Assembly: GCA_973895155.1 (NCBI GenBank)
Contig: OZ316899.1
Location: 10,939,135 to 11,003,134 of the forward strand
Direction: 5' to 3'
Source of the DNA: Marsupella aquatica
Lineage: Eukaryota > Plantae > Marchantiophyta
DNA: 64,000 bases
The notes under the pieces are model-generated. The model did no database searches. It was not told the DNA's origin and saw nothing but the letters and a program-made list of their open reading frames with translations. Shown one piece after another: positions 39,009-50,412 of the stretch. Both the position numbers and the translations under genes were made by a program. Positions within the stretch are counted from its first letter, which is position 1. Each line of letters starts with the position of its first letter.

Positions 39009-39369
39009 TGTACCAATACTAGTGCCCGGCGCTAGTACATATATCCCTGAATGGTGCTTAAATTTGGGCGATATTGCATTTTTAGATACAAAAAAGTAGA
39101 CTTACTGGTGTCCACTATAATGCTAGCGCCAGGCGCTGCTGAAATCATGTGAATTATGTTGGCCTATATGTGTTCATTTTGACACAATAAATATCCCTGA
39201 CACCCGCACTTACCGGGGCAAAAAGGACAAACTCTACATTTATGATTTCAACGGACACAATTCTATGTTGTATTCAAACAACTTTATAACGGTCAGTCAT
39301 CTTCACGCATTAGTATAAGCATTCCATTTGGGAGGAATTTGCTTTGTTGATTCCTTTATTTTCTCCACA

Positions 39370-42300
39370 ATGTCTCGCTCAATTGTAATTACATGTGCGT
39401 GTACTGGAGACGTCGTCCAGATCCCCGTGCAAGTTTGTGATGCTTACAAGCAAGTTAGTGAAACCTACCTTTGCGGGAGATTTGATTTGAGGATGAATGA
39501 TATTGAGTCCATTGTTCCGCAAGAATCGACGAGTGGAGAACTTCAACGGGCTGTGGCATTCGATGTAGATGAGAGAGTATGCTTTTGGCATATGAATGTC
39601 GGGCTTAGTTACACGCTTAATGCCAAATGTGTCGCTCCGGAACCAGCAGTTGGGAACATTCCTATTGTTGTTGTTGACATATCTGACAGTGAAGATGGTG
39701 ATGTTGCACCACTCCTCCATCGCAGTACAAAGTTCCAGTTTCCGCTTTTGTTAAGGATGAGCCGGTGGCTACCTCCGGAGGTCGTCATAAAGTCTATCGG
39801 AGGAGTACGATGGACGCCTTACTCAAGGCCACGGGACATAGTGAACTATCAAGATTTATCTCGGCAGGGGACTTCCGGCATGAGCAAGTTCCTTGTTTGC
39901 CAGACAAGTACAACAAAAATGTTGTATTTGAACTGCCTCCCATTGAGGGAACTCTCTCCAAGGGATCTAGACCGCGCCAAAGATTGTTAAATTTGGTCCC
40001 GAATTTTTCCGACAACTGCAAACGTGCATCCAAAGAAACATTGGGAATTTGGTAAGGTTACATGTACCGGGTTCATCGAGTGCAGGAACAAGTCCCGTGA
40101 GTACTTTCAGCGAAAGAAGAGATGCAATGCAAAGGCCTGGCATGGTGCTCCTAAACTCAGTGGCCAGCACGTGGTGGGTTCGTTGATTGAAGAGGGTGGT
40201 GTAGTCTGTCACTATTGTGAGCAGATTCCTTTCTGTGTGAAGTCTTGCCCTGCTCGCTTGTTTTATATGTACCCTCAAGTCCTTCTTGATATAGAGACCT
40301 GTAGTCACATGTCTCGGCTCGCAGTTCATATAGGTGAGCATAACCATCCGAGTAGGAAAGTTTTCTCGAGGAGCGCTGAGAAGATAGCTGAGGATTTGAT
40401 AAGAAAAAATCATGAAGCCAATCCTCTAGCAAAGCCGGCTGGTATTTTGAATTCCGCAACCGGTTCGCTCGTGAAAGCTCTTTGCAAAAACATCGACGAC
40501 ATAGTAGATATTGAAGAAACGGAGATTTGGAAGTCTCTCATGGTACTGTCTACCCCCCCAAAATTTGCATCGCTTTGTCAAAGTGTTCGAATGGACCAGG
40601 CTGGTCGTGGTGAGTTAGATTTCCTAGCTCGAATGCAAAGGTCAAATAACATTTCTTTCCTCCAAAGGTACCTCCTGCCGGGTCAGGGTTGTGTAGCAGA
40701 TAGGCCCCATATATTCAAAATGACAGTCAAGGGTCATGGATCTGGTGTAGATCTTCTCTAGCAGATGCAACCCGACAGAAAATTAGAAGGAGCTTGGGTG
40801 ATTTTTGATGTGATGAAGCGAGTGACAACCGACTGGTTTACTTTCAGTGCACACGTTTACGATCACAAATTCCAAGCTCTTTGTACAATCTTCACATGCG
40901 CGAACTAAAAGCTGAAGACACAGAGTCCTTTGAGAAAGCGTGGAGAATTATGATTGAGGTTTGTAAGGAAAATGGGTTACAAGACATTGTCATTCAAGGT
41001 TTTATGGCTGACAATGCTCAGGCTGGATGGATCGTTGTTCGCAATGTCTTTTTTGGAGGGCACCCAGACCCTGAATGTGAACGCTCTAATGCATTTCACT
41101 TTTACCAATCTTTCCATCGACATTCTACAGAAGGAGTTTTGGAGGGTAAGCAACTAGAACATCAGCAACTATGGGAGAAACTGCGGAATGCTCCAACGTT
41201 CGTTGCGGCATATCGAATTTCGAGGGAGATCGTGTTGTGGTGGCAAGCGGGAAACTGTGTCACAGGAAAGCTGATGATGTTGCAGAGTTGGATATCTTGG
41301 TGGGTTGTTTGATGGCATCAGTGGGGGAATTTCATTCGTGTGGTAAGTTTTCCTGATGCATTTATTAGTCAAACCTCAATGTGTTTATACTAGCGCCAGA
41401 CGCTGCTTTAATTTTCACTCAAAAAACCTTCAAACATTACAGAAAAAGAAACTTGTACCAATAAACCTTCTTTTATTATCTCCTACTCATTGCTAGCGCT
41501 TGGCGCTACTTATACAAAAGAACTAAACTTTGTCTGGACGGGTTTTATTGCAGAGCAAAAGTGCAGAAGAAGGTGCGCTCATTCCAAACTATACCGGGTC
41601 AGAGTCAAGGCACGCCTCCATGAAAGCATGGGCTACAAAAAAAATGGTGGGTCTCTTTGAAGCATGCAAAGTTGATCAAAATTGAGCTTTGTCACAAGTT
41701 GCGGGTTACAGCGCATATTAGAAGGGACTCAATAGAGGGAAGGGGCCAACTATCTGGGAATTAGCATTCCGATCCGCAGACCAATCTGGTTCACCCAAGT
41801 TATTTGAAGAAGCAACCAACATGATTCTTTCCAACGCTGCCAATTTGGATCTGGATAGGAGCTCTCCTCTGAATGGAGATATTGTCACAAGGTCGGTTAA
41901 GAGGAAGGGACTTGCAACTGGGATTGTCTCGCCACAAGACTCCCATCGGCATGACACCATTCTCATCACTACACCAAATACTCGAGGGTTCAAACGGAAG
42001 AATTTCAACAACACTGTCTTCACTTCCTTTCCCACAAATGTAACAGATCCCATGGTCGACCTCAGCAGGAGCGACACTTCAACGAATGGAAGTGATTTCC
42101 TCGTGAACACCCTTGAAGCCAAAGGAATAGCAACATCATTGCGACCCCCACTCAGTGCTCCAGCTGTTCTTCAACGTTTGCCGACAGAGTCAACTCCTTT
42201 GGAAATGGACGTTCCTAGAGGGACCTGGCATTTGCGGCAAACGGCCAAATATGGGGCAGGGCCTTAGTGCAATGGGACTTTGCATGGAAATTTTGAGAGG

Positions 42301-43073
42301 GATGAGTGTCGAAATTGTGTCAAAAAGTCGGGTTCCATTCGACAGCAGGTGTTGTCGGCATTGTTGTCAGCGGACATTGCATTTTCAGAGGCACACCCAT
42401 TGCAGAAATGATATGGTTCTGCCCAAACAAAACATGCTACAAGAGCCGCTTGCATCGTGGTGTTGAACGCCTTCCTCCTATGCCGGATACCTTGCCAGTT
42501 GTGAAAGGGACCAACCTGTCATCTGCCGAGGTAGAGTTCCTTGAAGCACAGGGAGTCTCAATGGTCCAAACAGCTGCAACGTCTCGAGATGCACCTGTTC
42601 CATTCAACTTGAGAATTAATGTAAACGCATTTCCTGAAAGAATCAATTTTGCCGACCCCAACGTACGCCTTCGGACCAAGAATGGGAGAAACTCTAGACC
42701 TCGATCAAATCTAACTTTGGCTCACAGTACACGAATGGAGTCGGCTCGGAAAGAAGCTATGACTCTAGATAGCGAGTGGGATGTGGGTATTGGAATTGCA
42801 TCTGGGAAGCAATTCAAAATCCGGACCCACGATAACCTTCGATCCCCAAACACTTACTTTGTCCAAATTTGCGTCTTCCCAACCTGTTCTTGTGAGGATT
42901 TCTTCCGTCATCATTCTCGCGGCAAGCCATATATGCCTTGTAAACATTTGTACTGGGTGTTTATAAATGTCTTCAAGTTTCATGTAGAGGAGTCTACCCT
43001 GTGTAGCCAGCCCATTTTCACAGTTGCGGAAGTCAGACTCGTGCTGGATAGGCAGAACGCGAATGGTTTGTAG
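39370..43073 (+). pseudogene. MULE-type DDE transposase with GCM-like and SWIM fingers, copy 2
   Basis: CTGFIEC...CHYCEQIPFCVKSCPA...HIGEHNHP; WVIFDVMKR; GFMADNAQAG; SNAFH; intron 41343-41553 at the same position as in copy 1; NYTGSESRH; SWIM CSCEDF...CKHLYWV. Several stops and frameshifts. Confidence 0.82.
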
Positions 43074-43775
43074 AGTAACACGACATTCGGATTGTCATTT
43101 TTTGTAACGGATACTATGGTTTTTGTCTGTAGTCAACGGATATTACACTGGTTTTTTCTTGCTTTTGGTTAGCGCCTGGCGCTGGTTCCAGAACATTACT
43201 ATTGTTAAATTTTAAATTTTATCTGGTTATTGTCATGTTGTTGTCCCTTAACTTAAACTTTTGTCCCTGTTAAAGCTTTGTTAGCGCCTGGCGCTAGTTT
43301 TCACACTCTGTCCGGCTCCAATATTGCAAATGCCAGAACTCTTCTTTGCCGATCGGTTTTAAGCCTATAACTGGATTTAGGGTGGGTCCCACCATAAATT
43401 ACTCCATCCCTGCATCATGGATTTTATTTTTCCTTCTCGTAGGCCAAACTGCACTTTCTGAACTGGACTGTTCTGAAATGATGTTGTATCTAAATAGCAG
43501 GGATATTCAATGACGACATTATTCATGTAGAATAGATGGACACTCGGTTTGGAACCTCTCTTTGCAGCTGTGACCACAACCTTGGCTTATATCTGACCGC
43601 GTCACATTTGGCACTAAGAAGACATTCAACTTGATGATGTGGTGGAAAATGACGTTAATTTTTGGCAAACTTAGCCAAAAAGTACACTTTTACCATAAGA
43701 CTTTCCTGTTACCAGTTAAGAGTTACCTGATAACAGAAATTCTGTTACCTATTTCCTGTCACCGCTGTTATACCC

Positions 43776-44187
43776 GTTGAGCATGATCCTTGCGTTCTGG
43801 AGAACAGGCAAATTGGCGAGCAGTGTGAAGATGGGGATTATAAAGTTGATACCTAAGAAGGCGGATAAAAGGCGACTGAAGGACTGGCAACCCCTCACTA
43901 TGCTCAATACGACATACAAGATCATAGCTAAACTCCTTGCCCGACGATTAAAACCTCTGCTAAATCAATTGATAAGCACTCAACAATTGGGATTCGTCCC
44001 GGGGTGTCACATTCTTGATAACATTTCAACCGCGTGGCTTACAGTGGATTGGGTCAGAATCAAGCAGAAAGAATCCTTGTTCCTCAAGCTCAATTTTGAG
44101 AAAGCTTTTGATTGGGTTAATCATTCTTATATATGGGAATCTATGCACCTCCTAGGCCTGGGGAACCACTACATCAGGCTGGTACGT
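43776..44187 (+). pseudogene. LINE ORF2, part 2 (RT N-terminal motifs)
   Basis: GIIKLIPKK..LKDWQPLTMLNTTYKIIAK...QLGFVPG...KLNFEKAFDWV. Confidence 0.92.
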
Positions 44188-45037
44188 TGTCGTGCCGAAA
44201 GGTTTCGGCTCAAGAATGGCTTTTATAGGGGATGATGGGCGAGGCCTCCCGGTTGGGTTGCGTGCATGCTGACTTGGAGGGGCTGCTTGGTTGGATGGAT
44301 TGAGGTTTGGTGATTGGGTGACTCGTCGTCACCAGGTTTGGTGTTTGGGTGAGTCACCAGGCTTGGAGTTTGGATGAGCCTCGCTGATGGCAGCTGCCTC
44401 AAGCTGGATGGTTGGGTTTCCGATGCTACTTAAGACTTAAGCCTCGGCTCATTGAGGTTGGCGGTTGTCTATTGAGATCTGTTGAGTTGCGTTCTGTGAG
44501 TTTCGCTCCGTTCTGCAGAACTCGACTATTGTGCGGTGGTTTTGGAGTTTTGAGCAAGTGTTGGATCCAGGTGTGGAGTTTTTGATCCAGGCGGGGAATT
44601 TCTTGAGTTTGGAGTCTCGTTGATCCAGGCGGGGATTTCTCAAGTTTGGAGTCTCGTCGATCCAGGCGAGGATTTCTTAAGTTTGGAGCCTCGTTGGTCC
44701 AGGCCTGAGTTCCGTGTGAGCTGTTTTAGACTAGTGGAGTAGCTAGTCGAGTTTTGGTTTTGTGAGCTAAGGAGGATAGTTTTTTTCCGTCAGATTTTGA
44801 GTAGTTAGTCACTCGAGGAGTTCTACTCGACAAGTTAGAGGTAGCGGCCCGCCGTAGGGCCAGCTACCAGACTCTTGTGGGCAAGCTTACTCGAGGGCAC
44901 CTATTGTAACCTTGTGAGAAAAGTAAAAAATATAAAGGAGTGAGAGTTCGCTCCAAAAAGTGCTTATCACCTGTCCCGATTGCAACTAGAAACGCGCAGT
45001 TTGCCCGAGGAGCCCCTAACTTTAAGTCCTCGCGACA
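44188..45037. mobile_element. 850-bp solo LTR with 4-bp TSD
   Basis: TGTCGTG...CGCGACA termini and ACGT duplicated at 44184-44187 and 45038-45041. Removing it restores the LINE frame IRLVR|SLVIGASSK. Confidence 0.88.
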
Positions 45038-47316
45038 ACGTTCACTTGTTATCGGGGCTAGCTCTAAGATTCACATTAATGGTCTTTTCACTAAGGACAT
45101 CAATATGCTGCGGGGAGTACGTCAAGGCTGCCCATTATCGCCTCTGTTGTTTGTACTCTCAACCCAACCCTTCATGGACTTTCTCGATGGAGAATTAGCT
45201 CAAGGTACTCTACGAGGTATTCAGATATCGGCTTTGTTGACGATCTGTTACAAGTTTTTTGCTGATGACCTTGGTATGTTCATTCCTACTACATTGGAGG
45301 ATTTCACTGGGGCCCGATTAGCTATTGAGTGCTACGAGCTAGCTTCTGGTGCCAAACTGAATCTACGCAAGTCGACGGTAATTCCTTTGGGACTTCACAA
45401 GATTCTTGAGTGGCTGGTTGAGACAGGATGCAACATCAATAGGGAAGGGGAAATTCAGAAGTATTTGGGTGCTCCTCTTGGATGGGGGGTCCACGTGGTC
45501 CACCAACTTTTTATCATTCACTGGCAGGACTATATTGGTTAAGCATATTCTCCAAGCTGTACCCATATACCACAGGATGTTCCTGCATTTGTCGAGTGCC
45601 CTAGCTAGAAAGATGGTGGCTCTCTGTCGTGACTTCCTTTGGTGCTACAACTCTGCTGGGGGGAGAAAGGTCCTTCTGGGGGCCTGGAAGATGATGGCAC
45701 GCCCTAAGATTGATGGGGGGCTAGGGTTTAAGGAATGTTGGAGCCATTTTGATACCCTCCTTGTACAATGGTTTTACAAGGCGTTGGATCACCCGGATTC
45801 AGACTGGGCTAAACTTTACTACGAGAACCTGAAAATGGCCAAATGGCGCAACCAGAAAACTATCAAGAGGAATGGCTACTCTTTCTCGGACCGGCTCTTA
45901 CTTTGCTACCCCCGTTCATTTAGTGGTCTGAGCTACACTGGCAATCTTTGGAAAGCCTTGGAAGTACTCCGCACTCATCTGATATTCTCACCTGCTGGTG
46001 CTGCTGTTGGTTCTTGGTGGAGCTTTGAGGATATAGGTAGGAGTCTGGAAGGATTCCAGGATCTATCAGAAGAAGGGAAAAGCATGCTAATTCAAACTTT
46101 TGGCCGGATTGGTCTGAGAAAGGTCTCTGACCTTAGACGGTGGGGCCGCAACCCTCTGGAATGTGTTCGACACAAGCTCAATAGGATTCGAGGCTTGGAT
46201 CCTGTACTAGGGGCGCGGTGTATCTCTTTGGTGACAGAGATCTGACGGATTACTGATGTTCGGGAAGCAGGTACTTCTGCTGCTGGCTGGATCTGGGCTA
46301 ACAAAAGGGAGAGATTGACTCACTTTGCTCTTCCCAATGCCAGGGTTTATCAACTGATTCGCACGAAGGGCAACGAATTCAACAGACTTAACAGAATTTG
46401 GTCCTTACATCTTTCTGACCGGGAATGGAGCCACCTTTTGCACTCAATGTGGTCTTCTGATATTCCTACAAAGTCTCGCACATTTTTGTGGAGAGTGATT
46501 GCACAGGGACTTTTCACTAACGTCCGGGCCTCCAAAATGGGGAAAAGTGATGGTACTTGTGGTCTTTGCAGTTCTACGCCTGAGACCATTCCACACATTT
46601 TTTTCACATGTACGTTTGCACGCAAAGCATGGGAACTAGTTGCCCGGACTTTTTCGGATCTGATCACTTGGCCTATCGCGGATCTGAAAGCTCTGATGGA
46701 CGCTTTTTCTGGACACAGTCTTGCCCTCTGATTGATAATCTTTATGGTGTATCAAGTTCTTTGGCACTTGTGGCTAGCACGGAATGACAGTGTCTTCAAT
46801 AATGGTAGAAGGCGCAGCTTTGACCTGCTTAGGATATTTTTGGAGATAATTGACCAGCTTTATGGCCTGTGTGAGGACTCTGGCCCCAGCAACCGGCGCA
46901 CTCGGCTGCTGCAAACTAAGGAGGAAACTATTAAGGAACGCTTGCTATGGGTTCCCCGTCCGGAGGCTAGATTCTTAGTATCTTAGGTTTTAGTTACTTA
47001 GTTCCTTCTTTTTAGCCTCTCCTGGCTTTAGGGCTTCTGCCCTTCTTGGTTCTCGCATCTTGGTTGGGTTCCCTGGCTGTGACTTGCTGGCTGAACTGGG
47101 GATGTGGGGTTATGTTGTGGGACCGTCATCTTCTGAGGGACTATGGGCAGGCTGGTTCTAGAAGTAGCTTGGTTTATTCATGTTGCTTTTCTTTGTCTTT
47201 CACTCCCTTGGCTTTTGGCCTTCCCTTCTTTGGGTCTCATTGTTGCCTTTTGGCCCCCTTTCCATAGGGTTTTGCGGGTTTTATTGAAAAAAATAAAAAT
47301 AAAAAATAAAAAATAA
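45038..47316 (+). pseudogene. LINE ORF2, part 3 (RT core, zf-RVT), 3' UTR and A-rich tail
   Basis: GVRQGCPLSPLLF, FFADD, KYLGAPL, GGLGF, CGLCSSTPETIPHIFFTC, WHLWLARN. A-rich tail at about 47287-47316. Confidence 0.9.
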
Positions 47317-47439
47317 TGGTTTCCTTAGAATTTAAGGTCCTTCCTTCTTTCTTCCAAAGCAAATTTTTTAATTTTTCCACTTTCTTTATTCCTTTATTTT
47401 TAACCATATTATCACAAGTATTTAGTGCACCCCTTGGTA

Positions 47440-48108
47440 GAGGCAAGGGGGGATTTTAGGTTCAAAACCGGGTGTTTGCAGGATGTGCAGGGAGTCCCGG
47501 CCTTTGTGAATAAGAGAGAACCAAGGGGCAAGTGTATGACTAATCTTGTTGGGCGAGTACGGAGCCGGGCTCCGTTGTAGTGTACATCTAGCCGCCATTG
47601 GGCCTACAAATTCAGAAGAAGTTGAGTCAATCGTGTGTATGTGTGTAACGGATTCTGAAGTAAAGTCCTCCCCCCATCATTTCCTTTGTGTAAATCAAGA
47701 TTGTATGTTGTGTATTTCAGTTGCAGTCATAAATCTCGTAATTACGGGTAGAAAACGCTTGGCCAAACGCGTTATAAATGCGAACTGTGCACAGGGTGTT
47801 AGCTTTGGATAAGGTTGCAAGCCTAGGTTGGATACCCATTCATCAGATCCAGATTGGGGGCGGATAACACGAAGGCTTAGAAGTCCTTAAGCCAGGGTCA
47901 ATCAAGCTATCAGCTTAAGGTATGTTCCAGTAGTAAAACACAAAGTATACCTATGGTTTGTATAAGTGTAGAATTGGGCGCGCTTAGCGCCAAGTTACAG
48001 GAATAAAGTACCATTTGCGCATCCCTCCTTGCCCGAAACCTCAATACTAACAAAGTTTATGTCAGCCTAAGCCAAACCCCGCTTAAGGATGGATCTTTTG
48101 GTGTGACA
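47440..48108 (+). mobile_element. 3' portion of a gypsy LTR related to the 35171-39008 element
   Basis: CCTCCTTGCCCGAA(A/C)CCTCA is shared with about 38920-38940, and the segment ends GGTGTGACA. The left boundary is uncertain. Confidence 0.5.
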
Positions 48109-48351
48109 GGAATGCATGCTGAGGTACAGAAATTTGTGGCACGGTGTACTATGTGTGATAGAGTGAGAGCATCAATTAATGCTCCTACCCCGCAGTTGTA
48201 TCCCTTGCCGATCATGGGCTTGGGATATCGTTGGAGTTTAGATTTTGCTGGACCCTTAAAATTGACTAGACCTCACAACTATTATGCCTTAGTGATAGTG
48301 GAGTACTCTTCTAAATGGATTGAGTTGGTTCCAGTGCCGGATAAAGATAGT
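48109..48351 (+). pseudogene. Gypsy integrase fragment (zinc-binding end and start of the rve core)
   Basis: MHAEVQKFVARCTMCDRVRAS...LPIMGLGYRWSLDFAGPL...IVEYSSKWIELVP. Confidence 0.85.
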
Positions 48352-48804
48352 TGTAAGTAGTCAGTAATTCCAAAGGCATGAAGAAACCAGAAAATTTTTA
48401 AATTTTGGAAGCATTTAAACTATATTTGCTAATAACTATAGAGTAAACTGCACTCCAAATAAACTTTGCCTAAGTTACGAGTCCTTGAGTATAAGTTACG
48501 GGTAAACCACATTACGCGTTTACGGGTTGACGGGTATACGTGTTTACGAGTATACAATAATATGTGTTTAAGAGTTTATGGGTATAAGGGTTTACTCCTT
48601 AAAACTTACAAGTTCGTGGTGAGTCCTATGATCGTGACGTGCTACGGCTAACTCCAACGGGACTTTGCAACGGGATGAGGAGCGCGCCTTGAAAGGAAAG
48701 GAATGCAGGACATGGGCGCTCATTCCTGACTTCTCTTCCGCCAATCTCTCACCTCTCTCAACTCAAACAAATCTTCGCGCAGCACAGTGAGCAGAATTCA
48801 AGCT

Positions 48805-49050
48805 ATGGCAGACTTGGGTGTTGATGAACAGTACCGTATAGAAGCACTAGCAATTCCAAGGGGTATAGTAGCACAAATTCCACAGGCGCCCGACAGCTGC
48901 GCTAATTTACAGGCATCTTTACAACAGCTAGGACTAAAGCGTCTATTGGAGATCCCTTGGAATGTAGAACTTGACACTTATTTACAAGACTTTGTGAAGG
49001 GGGCAATTATTCCCATTGAATTTTGACAGACCATTCGAGCTCCATCACGA
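48805..49050 (+). pseudogene. Short fragment of a possible third homolog of the LTR-borne ORF family
   Basis: LQQLGLKRLLEIPW...LQDFV resembles AGSGLEAFVKLPW...LLEFV (about 25800-25910) and LKEHQLERFAHLLW...ICEFI (about 36480-36570). Confidence 0.45.
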
Positions 49051-50412
49051 AACTGAGGTGTATATGTATTTGACATAAGGTGGATTAGTACATGGTTTCT
49101 TCGTCAATTCTATGAGTGTACTGCACAATCATTTTGTATCAAACTGCTTAATATGCTAAGTTGATATTGGTTGTATGTGATTATGATGTAAATTGGATTG
49201 CATATCCCATTGACACATATGAGTCGTAACTTTTACATCAAAAGATGTCATGGCTTAATTGTAATGTTCATGTACTTGAACCGACGTCAGTTAGATATCC
49301 GATAGACATTAAAAATTAACAATAGATTGCTGCCATATGTCCATGTATTAAACATAAAAAAATTGCATATAGATGATGTAGTAATATTGACTTAATAATG
49401 GGTAAGAAGTAGTTATTGGGTTGTGCATGCAGCTCATTGTACCACACATCTCTTGCTCTTACTTTACTATGATTGCAGCACGTCGACCCTCTTTTAATGT
49501 TGTCATACTCGAACACATGTTATCAAGGCGGGAGGGCATTGTGAGCAAGGTAGAGCAGGCACAGTGACTGGAGTTAAACGGTTAAAAGTTATTTACAAGT
49601 TCCTTGATTTTCCCCATGATTGACATCTGAGTTTTCCTGTCTTGTACAAGACACTTTTTAACCCAAGGACACATCTCCATATCAGTACCTCTAATGCCCA
49701 TCCAAATTGTGAACGTCCTGTTTTGGTTGGGTTTACATCGCACTCAGTTCTGCACTCTTCTCGGAGTCCTAACCCTAATTCACATCCATTGTGACTATTT
49801 AGACCTAATTCTCCTTAGTAATCCACCAAGGAAGCAGAGTACTGGCGATCTTTCTTAGCCTAGCTAGACATATCTCGGGCAGTTGTTCTTGTAACTTGTT
49901 GTGTTGTGTGTCACAATGGCTCAATAGGAACCTTGTCTTGACGGTGTTCACCGACTACATTTTTCAGTTCATGTCTTCACCGCGTATATAGTCTGTGAGA
50001 CATCTTGAGGTGTATATTAGAGGCATGGTGATCCGATGTAACTGAATAATTTTCAGACCAATCTTTTGTGAAACAAAGCATTGGCACCCACGTTCATACA
50101 ATACAAATTCTCAGTGCATCTGCCAAACCAAGATAATTGACATGAGATCAACTCAGAAATATATTCCAGCTCACTTCATGGAAGCCACAAGTTACTGCAC
50201 AATGTAGAACTAACCTAGTTGCAGACTAGTACCTGCTTCAATAATCCCAAATAACTGGTGCTTCTATAATCTTGAATTTTCCCAAAATGTGCGAGAGAGG
50301 CAAATTCACCTTCTAAAGCAGATTTATAGTATTACTAAATTGTCAAAATGTTAACAACTGCTGAGAAATCTATGTCATAACTGGGAGTTGATAAAAGCTA
50401 TATATATATCGC

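Larger units (their letters stand above)
28443..43775. mobile_element. Complete MULE-like DNA transposon copy 2 (15,333 bp including a nested 3.8-kb insertion)
   Basis: 10-bp TSD GTTGAGCATG at 28433-28442 and 43776-43785. Termini GGGTAT/ATACCC with a shared subterminal ACAGGAAATAG. Removing the element restores LINE ORF2 (DLLSM|ILAFWRTG). Confidence 0.93.
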
